From NCBI GenBank assembly GCA_000002435.2, contig AACB03000006.1: a DNA stretch of 17,561 nucleotides; one strand, written 5' to 3'. The translations under genes and the position numbers were made by a program. This DNA is from Giardia intestinalis. Taxonomy: Eukaryota. Every line of letters starts with the position of its first letter. Positions within the stretch are counted from its first letter, which is position 1. Shown one piece after another: positions 8,541-17,561 of the stretch. The notes below the pieces were generated by a model. That model did not search any database, was not told where the DNA came from, and saw nothing but the letters and a program-made list of their open reading frames with translations.

Positions 8541-10224
8541 ACTCCACTATCACACTATCACCCTCTATACCATTATCACACATTGTATAGCATTCACTAC
8601 CTGAGTCATGCCTTCCCTCTACATATGAACCACCAGCAGAGGAAGCCCACGAGGCCCCCACGACGACGACCACAGCGACGGAGATCCCCGCGATGGCCCC
8701 CGTGGAGAGCCCGCTCCTGTTGGTACTCATAGACACACAGGAGGCCCCACTGCTGTCTATGCTGAAACCACTGTTGCACTCTTCACATATATTATCCATC
8801 ACACAGCTCTTACAATCACCCACAGAGCATGTCACACACCCACTGCCGTCCTTGTTGGGCACCTTACCACTGTCACAGGAGGTACACACAGCGGCAGTCA
8901 TACCACCATCAGACAGAGCTGCTGGGGCCGTACATGCCGAACAGCCATCTACCCCCACATATGCCTTAGCGGTACCTTGAGGATCTACTAGTGTGCCTAG
9001 GGGGTTACTACATGCCAACACGGACTGCTGAGCATTGGATGCCCCTGGTACCAGGAAGTACTTATTATTCTCATTAACAGCGGTACAGACACCGTTGGCT
9101 GCTGTCTTGCACATATGTTGTCCAGGTGGACTCTGAGTGCTATAACAACCACCCATATATAAGAAATATCCTGTAGTACAAGACTCACAGACATGGTTGT
9201 TACAAGTATTACTTTGAGCCTCACTAGCACAGAGACCATCTATAGGATACTTACTGCTATCCCCACAGTATGAACAGTAGTGCTTTGTGGTGCCCTGATC
9301 ATCTATTATCATGGCATCACAAGCACCAGAGGTACCCCCACAGGCAGTATCATCTTCACATACCTTTGTACATGTAACAGGACTGGTACCACTCTGCTTG
9401 CGATAGTTCACCTTACAGTCAGTACACTTGAAAGTACTGGCCTCCATTGTGCATTGGGAGCACCCCTCGATGCCCCCATTGTTTGTGTCATCGCAGGCGA
9501 AGCATTCTCCAGGAGTGCTACTGACCTTCAGGAAGAACCCGGTCTTGCAGGTTTGGCATTTGGTCTTGTCAGCTTTTTCAGAACATGTGGCACAGTTAGC
9601 ACCACAGGCCTCACACGTGGCGGCAGGGCCATTTCCTTCTTTGATATACCCTTCGAGGCATTCTATGCATTCTGGTTTCTGACTTTGCTGCTTAGTACAT
9701 GTCTTGCAGCCGGCAATGCCTTTGTTCTTTGGTTCTGAATCCGACGCTGCGGGATCACTGCACAAACGACACACGTTGTCTTCGGTCATAAAGAGACCGT
9801 TATCAGCTCCTTGACACCCGGCGTAGTCTTTTGTCACACAGGTCGAGGTCCCATCAAGGGTCGTCCTGGGGGTCTTATTGGTCCCGCAGTTAGTGCACCT
9901 TGGCTTCCCCGTGGCATCATTATATTCACATGCGGTGCACCCAGCTATGTCGGGATCACATGCCTTGCAGGTCCAGGTCTTCTTGTCTGCGTACTTATCA
10001 GCACCACATTCAGTAGCCTCTACACAAGTGTTACCATCCTTCAGGAACTTCCCCTCAACGCAGGCGGTACACTGAGTCGGAGTATCAGCTGAGCAAGCAG
10101 AGCAGCCGTCTCCGCACTTCACACATGCACTGTCCTTCGTAACGAACCCTGCTTGACACTCTGTACACGTGGCCGGTCCGCTAGTGCCCGTGTGGGAGCA
10201 TTCTGAGCATCCAGCGACTCCCAT
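8518..10224 (-). CDS. VSP paralogue of 1041..2660 with an apparent frameshift in the transmembrane/tail coding region. The expected CRGKA stop is at 8606..8608
   Basis: The protein is identical to the 539-aa VSP up to ...AKAYVGV and then divergent. On the + strand at ~8656..8662 a run of 5 C replaces the 6 C seen in every other copy, a G6 run in the codons VGGLVG. The ORF therefore reads through the FLCWWFICRGKA frame and ends at 8518. Restoring 1 nt would give ...FLCWWFICRGKA with TGA at 8606. Confidence 0.7.
   Translation of the reverse strand: MGVAGCSECSHTGTSGPATCTECQAGFVTKDSACVKCGDGCSACSADTPTQCTACVEGKFLKDGNTCVEATECGADKYADKKTWTCKACDPDIAGCTACEYNDATGKPRCTNCGTNKTPRTTLDGTSTCVTKDYAGCQGADNGLFMTEDNVCRLCSDPAASDSEPKNKGIAGCKTCTKQQSQKPECIECLEGYIKEGNGPAATCEACGANCATCSEKADKTKCQTCKTGFFLKVSSTPGECFACDDTNNGGIEGCSQCTMEASTFKCTDCKVNYRKQSGTSPVTCTKVCEDDTACGGTSGACDAMIIDDQGTTKHYCSYCGDSSKYPIDGLCASEAQSNTCNNHVCESCTTGYFLYMGGCYSTQSPPGQHMCKTAANGVCTAVNENNKYFLVPGASNAQQSVLACSNPLGTLVDPQGTAKAYVGVDGCSACTAPAALSDGGMTAAVCTSCDSGKVPNKDGSGCVTCSVGDCKSCVMDNICEECNSGFSIDSSGASCVSMSTNRSGLSTGAIAGISVAVVVVVGASWASSAGGSYVEGRHDSGSECYTMCDNGIEGDSVIVECDMYKGQ
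8547..8605 (-). repeat. Inter-cassette junction element (a variant)
   Basis: + strand: ctatcacactatcaccctctataccattatcacacattgtatagcattcactacctgag. The polyA signal rc is at 8592..8598. The stop of the upstream cassette would be 8606..8608. Confidence 0.7.
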
Positions 10225-10368
10225 GACCCCGTTTCTATCTGTCGTATCAGAGCACAGTATGCACTCACTACCCTTCTCTGGTGTTGCAGCCGGGTTCTTG
10301 AACAGGCCGTTATCTGCCTTACAAGCAGTGCACAGTCCTCCCTCAGCCTTTGTGCATATCTCACTCCA

Positions 10369-10419
10369 CTATCATACTATCACCCTCTATCACACATTGT
10401 ACAGCATTCACTACCCAAG
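10369..10419 (-). repeat. Inter-cassette junction element
   Basis: Same as 2805..2855. The polyA signal rc is at 10406..10412. The expected stop of the 10506..12098 cassette is 10420..10422. Confidence 0.75.
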
Positions 10420-10505
10420 TCACGCCTTCCCCCTGCACACGAACCACCAGCAGAGGAAGCCCACGAGGCCCCCCACGACAGCGATGACAGCCACGGAGAT
10501 CCCTG

Positions 10506-12098
10506 CTATGGCACCAGTACTGAGGCCGCTTCTGTTGCCCCGCTGGGCTTGGTGGACACGCACGCCTCACCCTCCAGCCTGTAGTCGTCCCCACACTGGC
10601 CGCACTTGTTCTCCTCGCTGCACCTGACGCACCCGTCGATATTGCAGGCGATGCACTTCGTTCCGTCTGTGTTCGGCCTCTGGTCTTTACTGGTACAGGC
10701 CTCGCACTTATCGCCTGCTCCACAGTGCGAGCATCCGTCAACGGTACATGCGAAGCACCCGCTCCCAGCCAGGTTGGGCTTGTTGTTGTTGGTACACGCT
10801 GTGCACGTGGCGGCAGTCATGCCACCATCAGATGGAGCTGCTGGGGCTGTACACTGTGAACAGTTGAGTACCCCCACGTATGCCTTAGCAGTATCACCAG
10901 TGCCTACTAGTGTGCCTAGGGGGTTCTCGCAGGCCAGGACAGACTGATCAGTATTGGATGCCCCCGGGACCAGGAAGTACCGGCCGTTCTCGCTGGGGGC
11001 GGTGCACCTCCCTCCCTCGGCAGTCTTGCACATGTGGCTGCCAGGAGCCTTCGACACATCATAGCAGCCGCCCATGTACAGGAAGAACCCGGCAGCACAC
11101 CGGGTGCAGACGCCATTGGCACAGGTGTTGTCACCCTTAGTTCCTGTGCAGATCCCATCGATGGGGAACGTGGCGGGGTCTCCGCACAGCGAGCAGTACT
11201 GGGAGAACGCCCCGGCGCTGTCAACGACGACCGCCCCGCAGGCCCCAGACGTCCCCCCGCAGGCCGTGGGGTCCTCGCAGGCCTTTGTGCACTTCACCGG
11301 ATTGGTTCCCTCCTTGCGATAGTTGGACTTGCAATCGGTGCATGTAGGGGTTAGGCCGCTGTTACATTGGGAGCACCCCTCGATGCCATTGTCGGCTTTA
11401 CTGTCGCAGGCGAAGCACTTACCAGCAGAGCCGGGTTGTTTCATGAAGAATCCAGGCTTGCATTTAGTGCACTGATCATTGCCAGCAGCAGAGCATGTAG
11501 CACAGTTGGCACCGCAAGCTGTGCATGTATCAGAACCAAAGTATCCGTCGAGGCAAGCTGAGCAGGTCGGCTTGGCTCCGTTCTTCTTACACGTTTTACA
11601 ATTAGCAATCCCCTTGTCGTTTGCTTCTGTTCCTGTTGTTGTATCACTGCATAATATGCACTTGGTGCTATCATCACTCAGAAAGTGGGATCCGTCGACG
11701 TTATCTGTTGCGCACCCAGCATCATCGACGCAAGTGGTTGTCCCATCCAGCTCTGTCTTCACCTTCTTATTGTTACAGGCGGTGCACTGGGGCTTGCTGA
11801 CAGTCGTGTTGTACTCACACGCGGTGCAATCTGCTATACCAGACTCCTTGCATGTCATTGTCATAGGGTCAGCATAAGTGTTTCCAGTGCATCCATCACT
11901 ATTCACGCATGCATTATCCTTCAGGAACGTATTTCCCTTACAAGAGGTACACTGGGTCGCCGATGTCTCACAGGTCAGACAAGTACCATCACATTTGGTA
12001 CATGCCTGAGAGTCCATGTAGTACCCATCTTGACACTCGGTGCACGTGGCCGCTCCTGTATTGCCACCAGGTGCCGTGCACTTGAGACAGTTGGCCAC
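10506..12098 (-). CDS. VSP paralogue ([12 protein letters not shown]...) with a frameshift just before the transmembrane domain. The expected end is at 10420
   Basis: It has CXXC repeats, the GGCY motif, and C-terminal modules shared with 6693..8540. At 10538..10541 there are 4 C where 5 C stand at the homologous 6811..6815. The shift gives ...[14 protein letters not shown] instead of [17 protein letters not shown]...CRGKA. The first codon at 12096..12098 is GTG. An additional N-terminal frameshift is present in the upstream piece 12099..12243. Confidence 0.7.
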   Translation of the reverse strand: MANCLKCTAPGGNTGAATCTECQDGYYMDSQACTKCDGTCLTCETSATQCTSCKGNTFLKDNACVNSDGCTGNTYADPMTMTCKESGIADCTACEYNTTVSKPQCTACNNKKVKTELDGTTTCVDDAGCATDNVDGSHFLSDDSTKCILCSDTTTGTEANDKGIANCKTCKKNGAKPTCSACLDGYFGSDTCTACGANCATCSAAGNDQCTKCKPGFFMKQPGSAGKCFACDSKADNGIEGCSQCNSGLTPTCTDCKSNYRKEGTNPVKCTKACEDPTACGGTSGACGAVVVDSAGAFSQYCSLCGDPATFPIDGICTGTKGDNTCANGVCTRCAAGFFLYMGGCYDVSKAPGSHMCKTAEGGRCTAPSENGRYFLVPGASNTDQSVLACENPLGTLVGTGDTAKAYVGVLNCSQCTAPAAPSDGGMTAATCTACTNNNKPNLAGSGCFACTVDGCSHCGAGDKCEACTSKDQRPNTDGTKCIACNIDGCVRCSEENKCGQCGDDYRLEGEACVSTKPSGATEAASVLVP

Positions 12099-12249
12099 TC
12101 CCTTGTTCCATTCGCTCCTGTGGCATCATGACAGAGATGCACTCCCCACCAGGGGTCACCTTGTCTGCCCCATTCTGGAATATGTACTGACTATCTGTAT
12201 TACAAGCAGTGCATACTCCATTACTGGCCTGTGTGCATATCACACTCCA

Positions 12250-12300
12250 CTATCATACTATCACCCTCTATCACACATTGTACAGCATTCACTACCCAAG
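12250..12300 (-). repeat. Inter-cassette junction element
   Basis: A copy of 990..1040 at the +11260 offset. The polyA signal rc is at 12287..12293. Confidence 0.75.
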
Positions 12301-13920
12301 TCACGCCTTCCCCCTGCACACGAACCACCAGCAGAGGAAGCCCACGAGGCCCCCCACGACAGCGACCACAGCGACGGAGATCCCCGCGATGGCCCCCGTG
12401 GAGAGCCCGCTCCTGTTGGCGCCAGAGGACACACAGGAGGCCCCACTGCTGTCTAGGCTGAAGCCACTGTTGCACTCCTCACACACATCATCCACCACAC
12501 AGCTCTTGCAATCACCCACAGAGCATGTCACACACCCACTGCCGTCCTTGTTGGGCACCTTACCACTGTCACAGGCAGTACACACAGCGGCAGCCATACC
12601 AACTGTTGTTAGAGCTGCTGGGGCTGTACACTGGGAGCAGCCATGTACCCCCACATATGCCTTAGCGGTACCTTGAGGATCTACTAGTGTGCCTAGGGGG
12701 TTACTACATGCCAACACGGACTGCTGAGCATTGGATGCCCCTGGTACCAGGAAGTACTTATTATTCTCATTAACAGCGGTACAGACACCGTTGGCTGCTG
12801 TCTTGCACATATGTTGTCCAGGTGGACTCTGAGTGCTATAACAACCACCCATATATAAGAAATATCCTGTAGTACAAGACTCACAGACATGGTTGTTACA
12901 AGTATTACTTTGAGCCTCACTAGCACAGAGACCATCTATAGGATACTTACTGCTATCCCCACAGTATGAACAGTAGTGCTTTGTGGTGCCCTGATCATCT
13001 ATTATCATGGCATCACAAGCACCAGAGGTACCCCCACAGGCAGTATCATCTTCACATACCTTTGTACATGTAACAGGACTGGTACCACTCTGCTTGCGAT
13101 AGTTCACCTTACAGTCAGTACACTTGAAAGTACTGGCCTCCATTGTGCATTGGGAGCACCCCTCGATGCCCCCATTGTTTGTGTCATCGCAGGCGAAGCA
13201 TTCTCCAGGAGTGCTACTGACCTTCAGGAAGAACCCGGTCTTGCAGGTTTGGCATTTGGTCTTGTCAGCTTTTTCAGAACATGTGGCACAGTTAGCACCA
13301 CAGGCCTCACACGTGGCGGCAGGGCCATTTCCTTCTTTGATATACCCTTCGAGGCATTCTATGCATTCTGGTTTCTGACTTTGCTGCTTAGTACATGTCT
13401 TGCAGCCGGCAATGCCTTTGTTCTTTGGTTCTGAATCCGACGCTGCGGGATCACTGCACAAACGACACACGTTGTCTTCGGTCATAAAGAGACCGTTATC
13501 AGCTCCTTGACACCCGGCGTAGTCTTTTGTCACACAGGTCGAGGTCCCATCAAGGGTCGTCCTGGGGGTCTTATTGGTCCCGCAGTTGGTGCACCTTGGC
13601 TTCCCCGTGGCATCATTATATTCACATGCGGTGCACCCAGCTATGTCGGGATCACATGCCTTGCAGGTCCAGGTCTTCTTGTCTGCGTACTTATCAGCAC
13701 CACATTCAGTAGCCTCTACACAAGTGTTACCATCCTTCAGGAACTTCCCCTCAACGCAGGCGGTACACTGAGTCGGAGTATCAGCTGAGCAAGCAGAGCA
13801 GCCGTCTCCGCACTTCACACATGCACTGTCCTTCGTAACGAACCCTGCTTGACACTCTGTACACGTGGCCGGTCCGCTAGTGCCCGTGTGGGAGCATTCT
13901 GAGCATCCAGCGACTCCCAT
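12301..13920 (-). CDS. Variant-specific surface protein (VSP), 539 aa, a second copy of 1041..2660
   Basis: The protein is identical to the 1041..2660 product and lies at the +11260 offset. It has the CRGKA tail. The polyA signal is at 12287..12293. Confidence 0.85.
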   Translation of the reverse strand: MGVAGCSECSHTGTSGPATCTECQAGFVTKDSACVKCGDGCSACSADTPTQCTACVEGKFLKDGNTCVEATECGADKYADKKTWTCKACDPDIAGCTACEYNDATGKPRCTNCGTNKTPRTTLDGTSTCVTKDYAGCQGADNGLFMTEDNVCRLCSDPAASDSEPKNKGIAGCKTCTKQQSQKPECIECLEGYIKEGNGPAATCEACGANCATCSEKADKTKCQTCKTGFFLKVSSTPGECFACDDTNNGGIEGCSQCTMEASTFKCTDCKVNYRKQSGTSPVTCTKVCEDDTACGGTSGACDAMIIDDQGTTKHYCSYCGDSSKYPIDGLCASEAQSNTCNNHVCESCTTGYFLYMGGCYSTQSPPGQHMCKTAANGVCTAVNENNKYFLVPGASNAQQSVLACSNPLGTLVDPQGTAKAYVGVHGCSQCTAPAALTTVGMAAAVCTACDSGKVPNKDGSGCVTCSVGDCKSCVVDDVCEECNSGFSLDSSGASCVSSGANRSGLSTGAIAGISVAVVAVVGGLVGFLCWWFVCRGKA

Positions 13921-14064
13921 GACCCCGTTTCTATCTGTCGTATCAGAGCACAGTATGCACTCACTACCCTTCTCTGGTGTTGCAGCCGGGTTCTTGAACA
14001 GGCCGTTATCTGCCTTACAAGCAGTGCACAGTCCTCCCTCAGCCTTTGTGCATATCTCACTCCA

Positions 14065-14115
14065 CTATCATACTATCACCCTCTATCACACATTGTACAG
14101 CATTCACTACCCAAG
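14065..14115 (-). repeat. Inter-cassette junction element
   Basis: A copy of 2805..2855. The polyA signal rc is at 14102..14108. Confidence 0.75.
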
Positions 14116-15957
14116 TCACGCCTTCCCTCTACATATGAACCACCAGCAGAGGAAGCCGACGAGGCCCCCCACGACAGCGATGACAGCGACGGAGATCCCT
14201 GCTATGGCACCAGTACTGAGGCCGCTCTTGTTGGTGCCAGAGGACGCACAGGAGGTCCCACTGCTGTCAGGGCTGTATCCATCGTTGCACACACAGACAG
14301 AGTCGGTGTCAGTGGAGTTGCTGGGGCAGCTATCCACGCATGACTTCCTTCCAGGGCTCACCTTCTTACCACTACTGCATGCCTCGCACATGTTGTCCAT
14401 ATCACAGTGCGAGCATCCACTAACGGTACATGGGAAGCACCCGCTCCCAGCCAGGTTGGGCTTGTTGTTGTTGGTACACGCTGTACACACAGCAGCAGTC
14501 ATACCAGTCTCAGATGGAGCTGTTGGGGCCGTGCATGCTGAGCAGTTGAGTACCCCAACGTATGCCTTAGAGGTATCACCAGTGCCTACTAGTGTGCCAA
14601 GGGAGTTGCTACATGCTAATACAGACTGATTCTGATTGGTTGCCCCAGGGACTACGAAGTACCTATTGTTGGCATTAACAGCAGTACAGACACCGTTGGC
14701 TGCTGTCTTGCACATATGTTGTCCAGGTACTGTATCAACCTTGTAACAACCTCCCATATACAAGAAGTAGTTGTTAGTGCATTGTGTACATACACCTTGA
14801 TCACATTGATTATTTGCTTTAGCACTATTACACTTCCCATCTATAGGATACGTATTAGCTTCTCCACAGTATGAGCAATAATGATGCTCTACACCCTTAT
14901 CATCAATCACTATTGCATCGCAGGCACCAGAAGTTCCTCCACAGGCAGTATCATCTTCACAGATCTTGGTGCATGTGACAGAGCCAGTACTGCCCTCCTT
15001 GCGATAGTTAGGCTTACAGTCAGTGCACTTGAAAGCACCGTTGTTAGAGCAGACACTGCAGCCTTCGCGACCCTTATCGTCTACGCTATCGCATGGGACG
15101 CACTTCTTCCCCTGTTGATCTGTAGTAGTTACTAAGAAGTATCCAGTCTTGCAGGTTTCACACTTATTTGGATCACCAGCAACAGAGCATGTGGCACAGT
15201 TATCACCACACTTGTCTGTACATGTACTAGTACCACTATCAAAGAAGTATCCATCGAGACAGGCTGAGCAGGTTGGATTGTCACTTCCTGTTTTCGTACA
15301 TGTCTTGCAGTTGGCCTTTCCTTCGTTACCAAGAGTTGAATCTGTCACATCACTACAAAGAGCACACGTTTTGTCCTCCTTCATAAATAAGGCCTCGTCA
15401 GCGCCCTCGCATCCTTCAAGCGTCTTCGCCACGCAGGTCGATGTCCCGTCGAGGGCCGTCCTGGGGGTCTTATTGGTCCCGCAGTTAGTGCACTTCGGCT
15501 TCCCCGTGGCCTTGTCGAAGGAGCATGCCGTGCACTCTGCGTGTATCGTACTACATGCCTTGCATGTTCCCGACTCCGGGTCAGCATAAGTGTTTCCATC
15601 GCATCCAGTATCTTGTACACATTGATTACTCTTCAGGTACTTCCCCTCTGGGCACGATGTACAATGATTCTGACCACTTCCATCGCAGGTCAGACAAGCT
15701 TCATTACATTTGACACATGTCTGAGAGTTCTTGTAGTATCCATCTTGGCACTCTGTACACGTGGCAGGTCCTGGACTACTGTCTGACTTGGTACACTGTG
15801 CGCAGTTAGCCACCCCTGTATATCCATCTGCCCCATTGACATCATGACAGAGGATGCACTCACTACCAGGCTTCTGAGGTGTAACTGGGTTCTTGAACAG
15901 GCCGTTAGCTGTCTTACAAGCAGTGCACACTCCATCACTGGCTGCTGTGCATATCAC
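14116..15957 (-). CDS. Variant-specific surface protein (VSP), 613 codons, a second copy of 2856..4697
   Basis: The protein is identical to the 2856..4697 product and lies at the +11260 offset. It has a GTG first codon and the CRGKA tail. The polyA signal is at 14102..14108. Confidence 0.8.
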   Translation of the reverse strand: MICTAASDGVCTACKTANGLFKNPVTPQKPGSECILCHDVNGADGYTGVANCAQCTKSDSSPGPATCTECQDGYYKNSQTCVKCNEACLTCDGSGQNHCTSCPEGKYLKSNQCVQDTGCDGNTYADPESGTCKACSTIHAECTACSFDKATGKPKCTNCGTNKTPRTALDGTSTCVAKTLEGCEGADEALFMKEDKTCALCSDVTDSTLGNEGKANCKTCTKTGSDNPTCSACLDGYFFDSGTSTCTDKCGDNCATCSVAGDPNKCETCKTGYFLVTTTDQQGKKCVPCDSVDDKGREGCSVCSNNGAFKCTDCKPNYRKEGSTGSVTCTKICEDDTACGGTSGACDAIVIDDKGVEHHYCSYCGEANTYPIDGKCNSAKANNQCDQGVCTQCTNNYFLYMGGCYKVDTVPGQHMCKTAANGVCTAVNANNRYFVVPGATNQNQSVLACSNSLGTLVGTGDTSKAYVGVLNCSACTAPTAPSETGMTAAVCTACTNNNKPNLAGSGCFPCTVSGCSHCDMDNMCEACSSGKKVSPGRKSCVDSCPSNSTDTDSVCVCNDGYSPDSSGTSCASSGTNKSGLSTGAIAGISVAVIAVVGGLVGFLCWWFICRGKA

Positions 15958-15963
15958 ACTCCA

Positions 15964-16026
15964 CTATCACACATTATCACCCACTATCACCTTCTATCAC
16001 CCATTGTACAGCATTCACTACCCAAG
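15964..16026 (-). repeat. Inter-cassette junction element (long variant)
   Basis: A copy of 4704..4766. The polyA signal rc is at 16013..16019. Confidence 0.75.
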
Positions 16027-17561
16027 TCACGCCTTCCCCCTGCACACGAACCACCAGCAGAGGAAGCCCACGAGGCCCCCCACGACAGCGATGACAGCCA
16101 CGGAGATCCCCGCGACGGCCCCGTGGAGAGCCCGCTCCTGTTGGTGCCAGAGGACACACACATGCCATCCCTCGGGACATAGCCCTCCTCGCACTCCCCG
16201 CAGACGCCCTCTGCGCTGCACCGCATGCACCTCTCTATGTCACAGACAATGCACTGGGTGCCGTCCAGGCTGGGTCTCTGGTCTTTATTGGTACATGCCT
16301 CACACTTGTTGTCTGCGCTGCAGTGAGAGCAGCCCTGGGCCGGACACACATAGCAGGTGCTTCCAGCCATGTTGGGCTTCTTATTGTCCTCAGCACACAC
16401 CTCGCACATCCCGTCGATGGCGCAGCTCTTGCACCCGCGACCGCACACAGGTGCACCCGCTGCCATCCTGTGGGCTTCTTCGTCTTGTCGCACGCACTAC
16501 AGACCGCCGCGGCCATCGCATTGGCGGGCTGGCGCCTGCGGGCCGCGCACGCCCGTGCATCTAGCACGCCGACGTACGCCTTGTCGCCCGCGGTCGCTCC
16601 CACAGGGTTGCCACAGGCAGCACGGACTGCTGAGCAGCAAGTCCCCAGAATCTGAAGTACGCCCGACGGTGTGGTGCAGAACCCACTGGAGCCGCAGAGC
16701 ACATGAGGTTGCCAGAGCCTTCGACACATCATAGCAACCACCCATATAGAGGAAGTAGTTGTTGGTGCACCGCGTACATACGCCATCGGCGCAGGTATTA
16801 CCTGCAAGTGCATTGTGCACTTTCCCATTAATAGGCCCATAGCCGGCGCCAACACACTTTGAACAGTAAGAGAGCATGCTGCCGTCGTGCCGACCACGAT
16901 GGCGTCGCAGGCCCCTGCTGTCCCCACATGCAGTCTCATCTTCACAGGTCTTTGTACATGTGAGGTCGCTAGGTTCTCCGCTGGTCTGTAGTTGGGCTTA
17001 CATTCAGTGCATTTGAGGGACCCCACGCCGCCTGTGCACTCGGCACAGCCTGGAATCCCACTTGTCTCGTCATCACAGAGAAACGCATGTCTTAGGCGGG
17101 CCATCCTTAAGGAAGTACCCGGCATGCATCTTGTACATGTGTTGATTTGACCCGCTGTTCCGCACTCTGCGCAGTTTCCTGTGCAGGCCTCGCAGGCGTT
17201 TCCGTTGACTTTATTACCCGTCGACACAAGCCTCGCAGGTGCCTTTTGCGGTGCACAGCTTGCAGTTCTGGACTCCGCCCTTACCATTGTCGCCGCACTG
17301 CACGCACTTGAGGCGTCGTAGAAGTGCGTCTTGCCCACTTTGCACTCGGCCTCATCAACACAGGTCGTTGTCCCATCCAGCTCGTCTCTGACCGTTTACT
17401 ACCGCAGTCGGTGCACTTCGGCTTTCCCGTGGCGTCGTCGTATGCACACGCCGGTGCATCCTTGTATCTCACTGCAGGCCTTACAGGTCCAGGTCTTCTT
17501 GTCCGCATAGTTACCTTGTCACATCCACCAGCATCTACACAAGTGTTACCATCCTTCAGGT
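16027..17561 (-). pseudogene. Degraded or low-quality second copy of the 4767..6497 VSP, partial at the window end
   Basis: 16027..16230 encodes an intact ...[24 protein letters not shown] tail. Upstream of that, the copy differs from 4975..6301 almost only by many 1-3 nt deletions, with no obvious substitutions. For example, 16441..16500 versus 5181..5244 lacks c, g and tgt. The reading frame hops between three frames in ORFs 16235..17338, 16497..16877 and 17281..17508. Confidence 0.6.

Larger units (their letters stand above)
11261..17561. repeat. Second copy of the 11,260-bp higher-order tandem repeat unit
   Basis: It is the same as 1..6301. The last ~1.3 kb is degraded by small deletions. 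Confidence 0.9.

Noticed and set aside
990-16026. Regularly spaced short direct repeats separating unique segments, which could suggest a CRISPR-like array
   Set aside because: The repeats are ~50-65 bp junctions between 1.6-1.9-kb protein-coding cassettes, not 25-40-bp repeats with 30-40-bp spacers. The organism is a eukaryote. There is no leader or cas context.
218-16734. Numerous plus-strand ORFs of 60-254 aa (e.g. 2605..3369, 4584..5309, 13865..14629), rich in H, P, L and V
   Set aside because: They lie entirely antisense to the Cys-codon-rich VSP coding strand. They repeat with the cassettes and have no start context, motifs or independent conservation. They are classic antisense artefacts of low-complexity cysteine-rich genes.
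1-17561. Looked for tRNA/rRNA/snoRNA genes, transposon ends/TIRs, and spliceosomal introns inside cassettes
   Set aside because: No cloverleaf-like or rRNA-like segments are present, and the whole window is accounted for by VSP cassettes plus junctions. There are no terminal inverted repeats or transposase-like ORFs. The reading frames are continuous, so no intron is needed.

Overview
The window is not bacterial. It is a head-to-tail tandem array of cysteine-rich membrane-protein genes of the Giardia variant-specific surface protein (VSP) type, all on the minus strand. The evidence for VSP identity is visible in the sequence:
- every long minus-strand ORF is about 11-12% Cys and full of CXXC/CXC motifs;
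- each has the GGCY motif (FLYMGGCY);
- each ends with a hydrophobic helix plus the invariant tail ...[11 protein letters not shown](V/I)CRGKA-TGA;
- the sequence AGTGAAT (the Giardia AGTRAAY polyadenylation signal) lies 7 nt after each stop.

Ten cassettes are present or partly present, separated by only about 50-65 bp of a conserved junction element built from degenerate CTATCAC (= GTGATAG on the gene strand) short repeats.

No cassette has an ATG or signal peptide at its 5' edge. VSP-like coding starts immediately after an in-frame TGA..TAG in the junction with the sequence TAG-TGG-AGT-G(T/A)G-ATA-TGC-ACA, which reads ...(V/E)ICTxASxGxCTAC. Several 'M' starts in the ORF track are really GTG codons.

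The window also contains a near-perfect 11,260-bp higher-order tandem duplication: 1..6301 corresponds to 11261..17561. Within it, paralogues are mosaics of shared N-terminal, central and C-terminal modules.

Several 1-bp homopolymer-type indels break reading frames. The last ~1.3 kb is a copy riddled with deletions only, which looks like low-quality sequence at a contig or read end. The plus-strand ORFs are antisense artefacts.
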